DNA of 64,000 bases from an archaeon. Lineage in GTDB: Archaea; Micrarchaeota; Micrarchaeia; CAILAH01. Below are positions 36,801 to 45,657 of this stretch, piece by piece. Below the pieces are notes generated by a model that saw only the letters and a program-made list of their open reading frames with translations, was not told the DNA's origin and ran no database searches. Each line of letters begins with the position of its first letter. Position 1 is the first letter of the stretch. The translations under genes were made by a program, and so were the position numbers. The DNA is taken from positions 3,897-67,896 of the forward strand of contig JAJSAH010000020.1 of assembly GCA_024274875.1 (NCBI GenBank), read 5' to 3'.

Positions 36801-39296
36801 ATTCACCCGAATGTTTGATTGGACATCCGATGGGAACACAACAACATACGCTTTGTTTCCAGCAGGATACTCTTTGTCTGAAATCCTGTAAATGCCGGGC
36901 TCTTTTATATCAAAACAGCATTCAAGACCAAAATATGATGATTTTGCCTGCACAGGCAGGTATGAATTCGGTTCATACAACGCCTTCTTTTCAAGCACAA
37001 GCGTTTTCTTTCCGCTGGGAGCTTCATTGCGCACGCACAACTTTGAGCCAAAAGGAATGGAGATTGCAACTGGAGCAAACAACGGCTCGTTGCTTCCCTG
37101 CACAGTTATAGTATCACCTTCAGTGTAAACTACATAACTGAAATCTTCGCTGCCTATGGTTGCAGTATACTCACCCGGGCCAGGCGCATACAGCAAGCGG
37201 ACTTTGTCATGCTCTACAACACGCATCACTATGCGCAATGACGAATCGCCTGCATCAAAAGAATCAGTCATTTCATCCTCTTGAGACCCGCTCCCTTCTA
37301 AATATACTGAACCATCCTCATTAACGCCAAAAGTTATTCCTTCGCCTAAATCCACTGAACTGCCCCTGCTCATCTCAGATATATCAAGATCGGCGCCTCC
37401 ATAAGATGCGCCAAAATAACTGCCTTCATTAATGGAGAAACTTGGACCCTGCAACTCTCCAGTGAACACTCCTGAAGCGTCATAATCTGCAGATGCAAAC
37501 ACTGCATCCAATTTAACAACGCCTTTGTAATAGAACTCAGGATTGCCTGCATTGTCAAGCCGCATCTCATTAAAATCAGTTATGGTTAGGTCTTCAGGAG
37601 TTATCACGCTAACTATGGCAAATGCATGCTCATTATCATCTACACCTATCTTTGTGGTTCCCAGAGTGAAATTTGTGCCCGAACCTGTTGGGAAACAGGT
37701 GCCTTTTCCTGCTTCAAGATATTTCAGAAGCGTCCTTGCCCCGCCATTTCCAATTAAATGCAATGTGTGATCCTTGCCTCCAACGTTGTCAAAGCATACC
37801 TCACCACCTTCAAACACAGTTGTGGTGCTTGGAGAGAATGGCAATAATCCTGCGCTTATTTCAATGTCCGCAGGTTTTGATGGCTTGCATAGTTTTTTAG
37901 CAAGCTCGTAATCATTAAAAGAGGGTCCCTGGCCAAGCATGAATATAGGTATTTCTTGGTTCTCGCTTGTCAGAACTTCCTTATACAATCCAGATGAGAA
38001 ATTATGCACTCCATAAACATACCCGCCCTGCGAAGAAGTATCAGATGTCTTCTTGCAGTATGTGTAATAATACTCATCATTTGAATTCGGCCGAGTGCAT
38101 TTGTATGTAGAATACACTGCAATATCGCATCTGCACTTGCAGATGAAATATCTCTGCTCGTCTTCTCCAGAGAATTCATCTTTGCCGCAAGTGTACACAT
38201 TCTTATAATACGGACCCAATGCATCCATCACCTCAATGCGCACATACCTGCCTTTTCCTATCCCTGCCCTGTCTATTTCAACGCATGGGTTTAAGCCATT
38301 GCATTTATTGAACTCTAAATCGGAATATGAGAACCCGCGCGCAGTAACGCCTGCATCAGATTTGCTGAAATCCTCTATGTCATCATTCGCATGCTCGCGC
38401 GAACACCTGTTGCACTCTTCACCTTTATCAGGGTTTTCCTTCGCTTCGCTGCATATATCTTCGCATCCTTTCACATATGTATCTGAACTTTCTTCAGATG
38501 AAGAATCAAGATACTCCTGAGCCAATTCTTCAAGCAACCTGTAATCATCTCTCAAGTTATCTATTCTCTTTGAATCAGGAGGATAAGCTGATGTGTCAAG
38601 AATAGGGTTGTATTCGAACCCTTTGGCATTGTATGGATACTGAATCGGCATGTTGGCTTGGCAGCCCATAGGGATTTTATAGGATAGTATGCCCCCCTCA
38701 TCACAGGTATAGCAACCTTCCTGCAAACTCGTGCAATTCAACGCATATTCAGAATTCCTAGCTGAGTCAGATACTGCGTTGCATCCCATATAATATGTTT
38801 CATCGCTTTGCTCATCCAACTTGAACTTCCCTATTGATCCCAAACCATCATAAAAAGATCCAGGATGGAGCGATTCGGAAGGGTATGCAATTCCAAACCC
38901 ATACCCGCGATCTCTCTTACCGCAGACCATTCCAGTGATGTAATACCCTACTTTTTTCTCAGTATCGAATGAACAATCATATTTAAGGCACAGCGTATCT
39001 GGAATGCTTAATACCTCGCATCTGTCACCTCTGTCTTCATAATACACAGTCCCCCGCGGGTCATCATTTGCCCCTTTATACGCAGGAGAACACTCCCACT
39101 TAACGTTCTTTTTCTCAACTTCTTTAACAACTGCCATGCAGCTTGCTTGTTTGCATTCGATGGGGGATTCAGGCACAGTCGGTTCGGCAGATTCCACAGT
39201 AATTTTCGTTGGGAGCTCTTGCCGAACATCATATTTAAGGCACCCTGCAAAGAACAATGCAACCAACAATAACAGCGCAGCGGTTAGTTTATACAC
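30873..39296 (-). CDS. Giant surface protein, 2807 aa, lipoprotein-type signal peptide
   Basis: MYKLTAALLLLVALFFAGC (lipobox-like), uninterrupted 8.4-kb ORF, many N-x-S/T sequons, Cys pairs, acidic Ser/Asp-rich tail; no TM beyond signal. Confidence 0.8.
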   Translation of the reverse strand: MYKLTAALLLLVALFFAGCLKYDVRQELPTKITVESAEPTVPESPIECKQASCMAVVKEVEKKNVKWECSPAYKGANDDPRGTVYYEDRGDRCEVLSIPDTLCLKYDCSFDTEKKVGYYITGMVCGKRDRGYGFGIAYPSESLHPGSFYDGLGSIGKFKLDEQSDETYYMGCNAVSDSARNSEYALNCTSLQEGCYTCDEGGILSYKIPMGCQANMPIQYPYNAKGFEYNPILDTSAYPPDSKRIDNLRDDYRLLEELAQEYLDSSSEESSDTYVKGCEDICSEAKENPDKGEECNRCSREHANDDIEDFSKSDAGVTARGFSYSDLEFNKCNGLNPCVEIDRAGIGKGRYVRIEVMDALGPYYKNVYTCGKDEFSGEDEQRYFICKCRCDIAVYSTYKCTRPNSNDEYYYTYCKKTSDTSSQGGYVYGVHNFSSGLYKEVLTSENQEIPIFMLGQGPSFNDYELAKKLCKPSKPADIEISAGLLPFSPSTTTVFEGGEVCFDNVGGKDHTLHLIGNGGARTLLKYLEAGKGTCFPTGSGTNFTLGTTKIGVDDNEHAFAIVSVITPEDLTITDFNEMRLDNAGNPEFYYKGVVKLDAVFASADYDASGVFTGELQGPSFSINEGSYFGASYGGADLDISEMSRGSSVDLGEGITFGVNEDGSVYLEGSGSQEDEMTDSFDAGDSSLRIVMRVVEHDKVRLLYAPGPGEYTATIGSEDFSYVVYTEGDTITVQGSNEPLFAPVAISIPFGSKLCVRNEAPSGKKTLVLEKKALYEPNSYLPVQAKSSYFGLECCFDIKEPGIYRISDKEYPAGNKAYVVVFPSDVQSNIRVNDYDYSPYSSIAKKDDLICISNPVGEEREVEYSSDEGHSGSFMLPPLQDYCDYSLSENEANYELVDTLSGAKFYISTTGGDVLNIDAYSTAFVPTDGRVAQGGKVCINAVDSDVRIIGPTLVSDSSSLEWDNGAAQSGELISKGQKRCYDMNSDGLHMFRNADTGLYALVAVGDKNILYIVNGNSVPGYAEVAFPDYASAFEGPLNLDLFSQFPDVKVVNLDDINYKVYEDLSISNGTGFSMARLDLSVPDVVIRNNADYDISIKVYSSNGERSITAPANEQVVYEYQLGDYKMRALNVQYKEDDMKSGFVNLEVGINARRMISGDSIVLRPGANVFVVRRIGGIALSYYDEDAQQFNIPKNMLVIRGDVEGGSASALGRVGSSSTLGFGVQMLSGVPSKTEIMQARSMLAYDNALPVFVYSRIGDTDVNMVDPSIPENYSIAEGSKVNVTLADGISRDDVSAPPEAGAYSPSLNGWSFEMPDEDITFSVSSGTVSKQFNLKKAAVTHELKVSYDAYRMDSHGTDNYLVRLHNLAEDPRAVMLRPSDVSANSYCMLVDDGSPATADLQQFWSPQKMTAYSLSASDIDALSNHDPYVGGAAKVTDITLLPNMGYDDIKLSLGRSQDTDENGVGSLVLKSTHRIIPNTYTSKLEQRTIELTPGYITGMKDTFAVREYRIFTPIALETSDKIMRFTYVDLGGDVYSDSYSVLLRRYAPGRSWILSNSDSGGAFSESMLKNWKGSLFVVKGVNVFPSMWYDKWYHNENPGEERPGWVKSGCGYVNTIGEKIGFIVPFNNTVYPEEFAYSFPHIIGVPELGGDAFAGGVGKYEYLRSKRNDYVLLPQVVGRLQYGFGSIMPGSVPNPYDLSHRQDYGKIDIADSRFVEIVPETLILANGEIINDAALKFVDDYSIQRPCGRLITTQPFLLTGDFVGDYNQNYGGRTCGDKRDFEAKPIPGRLSNDVKNALWSDLIVAASKPLIIYNKYGALCGYPAEDSTVDEEGTELWYWCRATKQDWGADSQLKGTRDDNWYLANVIGGIDSFAYSEDESGRVRFFDLSNPVGQYNGVYRFINNDYYEFPETPCDTSSNPNNDLDPGNRIRGGIDESSLTNGILFMVNSIDPGRTYFLAGEVQEGVSEFGQGYAISDVFQINSESGLKAVCYGEDTFDGIQEVISPLGTVSYSPDMQGWYSVHESPYYPNLLDVQDGKEIIFSHISPFARNLADTELGDLLYKVPSFAHDGRMYRNTSLSMDYIMENALYADVYLYNLTVMQQIDPGDPSTAVSVDELDVALGDEIVINNTGPDAVVWYYGALDPCSEDDIYGVIQNKMTKICSGDYEDCIIDSVQYSVSPIDMDAYLSAKSVEMGDKIRRLELSPGEHQTFNTANELQIPNDGKKIRYLFYNPYSGKSFTVNVYKPEVQIELDISSFQPRKVSIPNSEDSRLCITNRDDEDRTVIFKDYLTGFEDEQSLSPGDRVCRDAQRVSTHSIIDSLTQRQLYATVDEIGSPSQLSILAEIAESIAEPKMGADNPVYRTQLLNPRAPATPSFITTELIDVSQLASVGDEGYSGLADQIAEIEGVCRSVKSVDDEVCGGATEQSETENIEHTYDYRDFSIDGCCCDEDTGICVDLDKDFCESYGLQYKYMCPYENTVYKQRCISTIPFYIHMSSNELRLSDADIENMKNAIDAIDEKLKEKMGEGLQRADMVGYIVVIDDPGAGRRGECTISSYLEGLYNVSRYALVNHGMPSIIIGFGINRNANEDESCWTNTEMIKQLKDLYGQDFVIMIGSGIIGMGQYCLVDTSCKPLSTGIAGEDYGLYYDSSTSGEDPFTYGVHTDQLYPGMPTFSQYAGAMFGSSASTSFETEGDLASSYGQFENTISSYSDLLSSSGISLPSFGEGSDVADLLNSFEDVNNPDVILENAVRKDPYARHWFDLCGNYYYMGEGQALMIFSESDIPKGQQGNMCDQSRLMELYKKYKCE

Positions 39297-40070
39297 TCAT
39301 GACCCCCCTACTTCCAAAAGTTCTACATCAAACTTTTTATTCTTATTATCGTCATACACAATGTGCCTAAGCATTATTGGGATGCTCTCATCCACCCACA
39401 GCTCTTCCTCCCCATTCGCGTATATGAACACGCTTGCGTTGAATTTTCTTCCGCCTGCATTGTATGTTTCATACCTATCGAAGCTTTCCGCATCCAAATG
39501 CTCCTTGCACACAAACCATACTGGATACCCTGAACAGCTCATAACATTATTGTTGGACTGCTGAAAACTGCCAAAACCCTGCAAATCTGTTTGGTATTGC
39601 ACGCATTTCCCATCGCTCGCATAAGTATAGTATATGGCTATCTCTGTATGCCTTCCGCCGTAATTAGAAGTAACTGTTGATTTTATTCTGTAATACTGCC
39701 CAGTGAAAGAATCAAACTGATATGTTGAATGGACCGTGATATCCTCGAAGCTTACTGCATACTTCGTGCGCAATAACATTAATTCACTGGGATTGCCGAG
39801 CGGCGTGCAGTTGGAGAACTCCGATTGCTGATCAAACCATGTTCCCGAGCTCTGCTCAACAGCAGATTCTGGTTCTCTGTCGCCAATATTCTCACCAAAA
39901 TCCGCACCTGAAGATTCCTGGTTAGAACTCTGTTCAATTTCAGCAGCATTCGCAAACGGCATAACTTCATCATTATGCGAAGGTGAGTTTAAGTATGACA
40001 ATATAAGCACAAATGCGAACATCGCGCCTATCAGCAAAACTATCATCGTGTTGTCTTTGCTCAAATCCAC
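39297..40070 (-). CDS. Membrane-anchored hypothetical protein (257 aa)
   Basis: N-term TM MIVLLIGAMFAFVLILSYL then acidic Ser-rich linker and globular domain; stop abuts giant gene start. Confidence 0.5.
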   Translation of the reverse strand: MDLSKDNTMIVLLIGAMFAFVLILSYLNSPSHNDEVMPFANAAEIEQSSNQESSGADFGENIGDREPESAVEQSSGTWFDQQSEFSNCTPLGNPSELMLLRTKYAVSFEDITVHSTYQFDSFTGQYYRIKSTVTSNYGGRHTEIAIYYTYASDGKCVQYQTDLQGFGSFQQSNNNVMSCSGYPVWFVCKEHLDAESFDRYETYNAGGRKFNASVFIYANGEEELWVDESIPIMLRHIVYDDNKNKKFDVELLEVGGS

Positions 40071-40071
40071 C

Positions 40072-41136
40072 CTAAATCACCCTTACCATGCCGCGGCCAA
40101 TATCTGCAATATTGCCGCCAAGTATTTGCGCAACTGTTCTTGCGAACAGCACTGTCCCAACCATTGCTATGAACGGGAAGAAATACGAATATAAACGCAC
40201 TACGGAGAATCCTGATGCATCCATCTTTGGCAATGCACTGCCATACCCGCTTCCCGATGACTTCTGCTTAAAGAATTCCTCGACTGCTGACGGATCGTTT
40301 GGGCACAGCTTCTTGCCCTGCTGCGCAGGAGGGCTCTCCTCAACCTCTGCGATTATGGAGCAACTCGACGGAAGTTTAGGTCCGCTGAAAAATAAAATAT
40401 TCAAGAGGAACGGATACACAAAATACAGCGAGATTGATACAGCCATTATCGCTGCTCCGGCGCCGCGAGTGTAAGGGAATGAACGCAACAGAATGCCTAT
40501 GGGGAGGTAGACTGCCACCATGCTTGCCTCAATCCACTGCAGGAAGTTTATCTGGAAATATGTGGCTATAGAAAGCCAAAGTATATTCTCTGATTCAACG
40601 ATCGAATTCATCAAGGATTTCCATGTTGAAATGAATAGCGGAGATAAAGGCAACGGGATGTTCGCGCCAAGAACATACGTAGACAATCCCATGCGAGTTA
40701 AGATCTCCTCAGATTGATCATTAAGCCTTGCCTCATATTCTGATTTGAGGCACTTTGTCATAGCGATGAAATATACATAAGATACATCAAATATATTTAC
40801 TTGAAATCCTGGCTTGCCAAGAAGCCGTTGAGCTGCTTCCTCGCTAATCATATCGCGTATATCCTTGTCCTGCGTGATGAGCAACGCAGATGATGACTCA
40901 AACGCAGCAAGAAACATAATCAAAATTATAGTTGCGCCAAGCTGATACATCTCCTTTCGCACAGTCATCTCTAATCTCCGAGAACTGAATACGCGCGAGA
41001 TCATGTACAACAAAGACAGCGAAAATGCAATAATCATTACCACTGTCATTGCGATGGAAAGCCAACCTGCCGGCAGATTTCCTGCAAGATTGCTCGCAGA
41101 AGTTTCCCACAATGAACCTATCGTAAACCAAAACAT
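40072..41136 (-). CDS. Polytopic membrane protein, paralog 1 of 6 (novel family)
   Basis: LPIGILLRSFPYTRGAGAAIMAVSISLYFVYP and C-term GGNIADIGRGMVRVI. Confidence 0.6.
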   Translation of the reverse strand: MFWFTIGSLWETSASNLAGNLPAGWLSIAMTVVMIIAFSLSLLYMISRVFSSRRLEMTVRKEMYQLGATIILIMFLAAFESSSALLITQDKDIRDMISEEAAQRLLGKPGFQVNIFDVSYVYFIAMTKCLKSEYEARLNDQSEEILTRMGLSTYVLGANIPLPLSPLFISTWKSLMNSIVESENILWLSIATYFQINFLQWIEASMVAVYLPIGILLRSFPYTRGAGAAIMAVSISLYFVYPFLLNILFFSGPKLPSSCSIIAEVEESPPAQQGKKLCPNDPSAVEEFFKQKSSGSGYGSALPKMDASGFSVVRLYSYFFPFIAMVGTVLFARTVAQILGGNIADIGRGMVRVI

Positions 41137-41137
41137 G

Positions 41138-42241
41138 TTATACCGCCCTCATAATGCCGCTTATGTCAACTTCCGTGCCTAACGCACCTGAAATGCTGCG
41201 GACCGCTGCTGCCATAAGCATCACTTCCAAAACTGGCAGGAAGAATGCTATCAGCATTATTGACCCAAATGATGAATAAACGCTTGCTAAGTCGGATTCA
41301 ACATATTCCGAAGATCCGGTTATAAACCCTAATTCTGATGCAGCCATGGTTGATCCTGTTGCAATGCCCATTACCGCTCCAAGCTTCGACGCGCTTCCTA
41401 TTGCGCCTGCCAAAGATACGCCAAGCATGGCTGCAGATAACGGGACTATATAAACCATTGCGTCAACGCTGTCAAGCTCGCTGTAATCAACACCTCCCGC
41501 CATTTCAAACCCGAAAGTAACCATCAAAGGATATATGAATGACATTCCAAGCGACACTGCGATTAGCACGCCGCCAAATTTCCTAGTTAAAGAAAATGAC
41601 CTGAACACCAACCCCACAGGAAGAAGCATCATGAATACTTTGCTCTGCGCAATCTTGAATATAGTATACTGAAAGATTATGGAAAAATACGCAAGCAAAA
41701 CTGATTGAGAAACTGGGGCAATCATGCTTGCCACTATGCTATGCGTGCCGAATGGGGATAACAGTACGCTCACGCCATGCAATGAAAAACCTGTGTAAGC
41801 GCTGCCAAGTTTTGAGTAATCCATGATTGCATTCGACATATCAAGGTATACATCAAGGATTGTTCCAGCAAGCATCTGAAATTTGCTCTCCGTCTGAACA
41901 ACCATCGCGCTCACCCCTCCGTTATAACCCAATCCATCTTCATATATGGAGATGCCGCATAGCAAAGGGATGACTGCGCGCAATGCAACTGCAAGCAGCA
42001 AAGTAATCCCTATCTGCTGGAATTCATTTTTAGTGGTCGCCTCTATTTCCGGGCTGCCCATCAGGCTGCCAATCATATACCATAATGAGACAAGCAGCCC
42101 AGAAATCATTATTCCCATAAGGAATATTGATGCAAGGTCATCTGAAATAATTTGCGCGCAGGAAGATGATTGCGCGTGCGCATCGCTGGCAATTATTGCA
42201 AGCATGATGACCAATGATGCTGCTAGTGTTCTTAACTTCAT
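41138..42241 (-). CDS. Polytopic membrane protein, paralog 2 of 6 (signal peptide)
   Basis: LPVGLVFRSFSLTRKFGGVLIAVSLGMSFIYP; C-term GTEVDISGIMRAV; N-term MKLRTLAASLVIMLAIIASDAHA. Confidence 0.6.
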   Translation of the reverse strand: MKLRTLAASLVIMLAIIASDAHAQSSSCAQIISDDLASIFLMGIMISGLLVSLWYMIGSLMGSPEIEATTKNEFQQIGITLLLAVALRAVIPLLCGISIYEDGLGYNGGVSAMVVQTESKFQMLAGTILDVYLDMSNAIMDYSKLGSAYTGFSLHGVSVLLSPFGTHSIVASMIAPVSQSVLLAYFSIIFQYTIFKIAQSKVFMMLLPVGLVFRSFSLTRKFGGVLIAVSLGMSFIYPLMVTFGFEMAGGVDYSELDSVDAMVYIVPLSAAMLGVSLAGAIGSASKLGAVMGIATGSTMAASELGFITGSSEYVESDLASVYSSFGSIMLIAFFLPVLEVMLMAAAVRSISGALGTEVDISGIMRAV

Positions 42242-42242
42242 A

Positions 42243-43334
42243 TCATACCACCCTTACCAACTGCGAGAAATCAATCTCGCTACCAAGCAAATGCGCAAAC
42301 TCGCGCGCCATTCCTAATGAAACAATAATTGCAAGCATTGGCAACAGCATGCCTTCCACGCCCATCGTCAGAAAGATAACTGCTATGCCTGAACTGCTGC
42401 CATAGGACAGGTTGTCTGCCGCATTCCCAACTAAATCTGAAATGGTGGGGTTGTCAAAACCTGAACCAACGCCAAATTCAGAAGCAAGACCTTTGTATGC
42501 ATCTGTCTTGCCTGCGAACTTAGTCATTATGACGCCTCCTAGGTCAGTGAGGATATCTGATTCTCCGCACTTTGGATCTGACGGATTATAGCTCATCCCC
42601 ATCGTTTGCACGAGCAATTCTTTGTTGAACAGGTACATGCCAGGCAGCACTAAGTACAGAGCCATGAACAGCGCTATGAGAAGGTTGCCCGCATGCCTGG
42701 AGAACTTAAACGACCTAAAGAATATGCCTAGCGGGAGCAGAGCGCTTGCCCCTTTATCGACAACAAACGAAATGATCAAATGATGCAATTTAACCATGCC
42801 AAGAGGTATGAACATATAACTCTGCACATTTGCAACTGAAGTCAAAAGCGGCTGCAGAAACGGCGCAAACGATATGCCTGCATGCCAAGTTGACAAGCCA
42901 GGCGCCTTGCCTTCCTCTTTGTCCTTCCCGCTGGATTTCATATTGGCAGTATCAGTATCCGATGCAGATTTAACATCCTGCGGAGTGCCTCTCATGCTGA
43001 ATACAGATGGATTAAAATTGAATGTTATCGATGCAATCAGCGAAAGAACATTGGAATCAGCAATGAAGGATGCCTGACATGAAACCATCTTGTTGAACAA
43101 GTAAGATATATACTCCTGCGAAGAGGTCACATAATCAGTTATGTATGAAAATGATGCAAAGGACGCCAAACTTGCAAACAGAACTAAAGTGATGAACACA
43201 TTCTGCATCTCGAGCTTCGACCAAGCTCGCAGAACTTCTGAGTTAAGGAGGTATGACAGCATGTATATGAGCACAGTAAGCAGGTATGATGAAATTACAC
43301 CTATTATTGCAAGCTCGTTCCAAGTAACCATCAT
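42243..43334 (-). CDS. Polytopic membrane protein, paralog 3 of 6
   Basis: LPLGIFFRSFKFSRHAGNLLIALFMALYLVLP; C-term GSEIDFSQLVRVV. Confidence 0.6.
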   Translation of the reverse strand: MMVTWNELAIIGVISSYLLTVLIYMLSYLLNSEVLRAWSKLEMQNVFITLVLFASLASFASFSYITDYVTSSQEYISYLFNKMVSCQASFIADSNVLSLIASITFNFNPSVFSMRGTPQDVKSASDTDTANMKSSGKDKEEGKAPGLSTWHAGISFAPFLQPLLTSVANVQSYMFIPLGMVKLHHLIISFVVDKGASALLPLGIFFRSFKFSRHAGNLLIALFMALYLVLPGMYLFNKELLVQTMGMSYNPSDPKCGESDILTDLGGVIMTKFAGKTDAYKGLASEFGVGSGFDNPTISDLVGNAADNLSYGSSSGIAVIFLTMGVEGMLLPMLAIIVSLGMAREFAHLLGSEIDFSQLVRVV

Positions 43335-44728
43335 AACAACCTCCCTAACGCAGGTATCTCAACATCGCCGCCCAACAATGGAGACAGCCCGCGTATGAAT
43401 GAGAATAATACATAGAAGTTTATCAACGGCAACGCCAGCGCAACTATCAGGTATCGAGAAATAAGGTCAAACGCGCCTACCTTTCCTGTTTCATAGTCTG
43501 TGTACAAATCATTCGCATCCTTGATTGTTGCACTGTTAAGGCTGCTTATAGCTACCAACACTGATATAAGCACAAGCACATCGATAGCCGTTTTAAGGAT
43601 GCCTCCAGGGGTCGTCACAAGCTTTACTATTTCAGCTACGCGCAATGCAGTAAAACCCATTATAACTAATAGCATTGCAAGAGCCGAACCTAGCGTGCTA
43701 TCCCCAAATGCATCGGGCAACTCTGATATTGTTTCAAAGAAATCCTCCTCGCCAGTTTCAGGAATACCCATGCCAGACATGCTAGCGCTCTCAGATATGC
43801 CTGCCTCCTGCATAGGTTTTATATCAATCGTGTACCACCCCAATGCATAAAGCATCGGAAGAACATACATAAACCCAATCCCCATCGCAAGGAATAAGCC
43901 TCCGGCTTTTCTGAATACCCATATTGACCTAAATAAGATGCCAAGAACTATCAACCCGCTCGCAAGGCCGAACTCAAAAAACTTGAGTATGCTTTCTTGG
44001 AATTTGATGATCATCATTATCTTTTCCGTGAATGCAATGAGGTTGTCAAGAGTGTTCAGAAGCACTGAGTGCAGCGGGAAAGATGATGCAAAACTTATCC
44101 CAAAAATCTGGTCAAGAATGCTCATGTCTGTGCTGAACCCAAACGAATCTATTGAGTAATATATTGAGTAATCATGCATGAAATTTTTCAAAAGAACTGC
44201 AAGCTTTTCATAAGTTATCCCTAAGTACGAACGTGCCATGAGGAATTTTGGGTCGCAGTTTTCAGCGCCTGGACCTGTGCATACTGCCTTGCCTCCGACC
44301 ACCGAAACTTTTAGCCCATTTCCTGATTCTCTCCACCTGTTTGAGGCGGGATCATAAACCAAATCAGTCCTTAATTGGTGGCATTCAGGACCTTCGCAGC
44401 TCACCTGCGGATTAACGATGCCTACAAAAAACTCATCAGTAATGCCATTCACAAGCGCAAGCGCGCCTACCAGCGATGCAACGATTATTGCAGAAAATAC
44501 TGCCTGCATAACCTCATTCCTGCACCACGCTTTGATTTCCTCATCTTCAAGCATATACGAAACCATGTACGCAAGCGAAACCAACAGCAGATGAATTATG
44601 ATTACTGCTGCAGCAAGCGAAATCCAACCTGTTGTGTTGAACAGGTCAAACCACCCAACATCATCGCTAGCAGCGTAAGCAAGAATCATCAACATCGCGA
44701 ATGACAGAAGAATTTTGCTAGACATCAC
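43331..44728 (-). CDS. Polytopic membrane protein, paralog 4 of 6 (Cys-containing extracellular loop)
   Basis: LGILFRSIWVFRKAGGLFLAMGIGFMYVLP; C-term GGDVEIPALGRLL; loop CEGPECHQ...CTGPGAENC. Confidence 0.6.
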   Translation of the reverse strand: MMSSKILLSFAMLMILAYAASDDVGWFDLFNTTGWISLAAAVIIIHLLLVSLAYMVSYMLEDEEIKAWCRNEVMQAVFSAIIVASLVGALALVNGITDEFFVGIVNPQVSCEGPECHQLRTDLVYDPASNRWRESGNGLKVSVVGGKAVCTGPGAENCDPKFLMARSYLGITYEKLAVLLKNFMHDYSIYYSIDSFGFSTDMSILDQIFGISFASSFPLHSVLLNTLDNLIAFTEKIMMIIKFQESILKFFEFGLASGLIVLGILFRSIWVFRKAGGLFLAMGIGFMYVLPMLYALGWYTIDIKPMQEAGISESASMSGMGIPETGEEDFFETISELPDAFGDSTLGSALAMLLVIMGFTALRVAEIVKLVTTPGGILKTAIDVLVLISVLVAISSLNSATIKDANDLYTDYETGKVGAFDLISRYLIVALALPLINFYVLFSFIRGLSPLLGGDVEIPALGRLL

Positions 44729-45657
44729 ATCGGCACCTCACCAATAAAGTCTTTTGAGAACATTGGGAACACTGACCTCGCTGCCGCAATAGACAAAATC
44801 ACCGCAAGCAATGGCAGAGTTAGCGCGTAAGGCGATATGTACGCGAGCCTCGTGACCGCTTTAAGCGAATCTCCATCATCAAAATCATACGCATCGCCAA
44901 GCGCAGAACGATCTATGCGCTTCTCAAGCTGCTTCAAGAAATCCTTGCTAACATCCTCATGAATCTTCGCGCCGAGCACATACACCATGGGATACACAAA
45001 ATAGAATGCAAGGGAAAGCGATATTAAATACGCACCTGCATCGCGCGTGGTTGGGAGAATCTTCAGTATAAATCCTGCCGGAAGCAACAGAGCTAAGAAA
45101 TATCTCTTTATGAAATCAAGCGCTAATATCTGCATCACCAAAGATGCCGAAAAAGGGATTATTACATTAGCCATCATCTCAAGATTGTTCGCTATGTACA
45201 CGCTGCCTGCCTTCTCCGTATAACACGTCCCTGCCATGCATGAAGGAGCGGGAGTGATGAGAGTTGATTCTACGCGCGCTTTGACTGCAGAATCCCACAG
45301 GATATTTATGTTAAGAGGTATGGAGTCCTCATAAACTGATCCTATTGCAAACCGAGCAAGGTAGGCTCTGCCAACTGAGAACGGATCCTCGCCTTCACCT
45401 ACCATGAGCGAAGTTGTTTCATACAACAGCGCAGCAAACCCAATTATCCCTATTATCATGAGCAATGAGATGACCAACCTTGCAAACTCTACCTTTGCCC
45501 TGCCTTCCCAATCAGGCCTCTGCATAACCCTCGCTATCATGTAAAACAGCGCAATTATAAGATAAGTGATTATGAACAGCAGCATTACCACAGGTATCCA
45601 AGAGAAATACCCTTGAGGCTCAAACAATAAATCAATGAATGTCACCACCATAATCAC
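44725..45657 (-). CDS. Polytopic membrane protein, paralog 5 of 6
   Basis: LPAGFILKILPTTRDAGAYLISLSLAFYFVYP; divergent C-term. Confidence 0.55.
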   Translation of the reverse strand: MIMVVTFIDLLFEPQGYFSWIPVVMLLFIITYLIIALFYMIARVMQRPDWEGRAKVEFARLVISLLMIIGIIGFAALLYETTSLMVGEGEDPFSVGRAYLARFAIGSVYEDSIPLNINILWDSAVKARVESTLITPAPSCMAGTCYTEKAGSVYIANNLEMMANVIIPFSASLVMQILALDFIKRYFLALLLPAGFILKILPTTRDAGAYLISLSLAFYFVYPMVYVLGAKIHEDVSKDFLKQLEKRIDRSALGDAYDFDDGDSLKAVTRLAYISPYALTLPLLAVILSIAAARSVFPMFSKDFIGEVPM

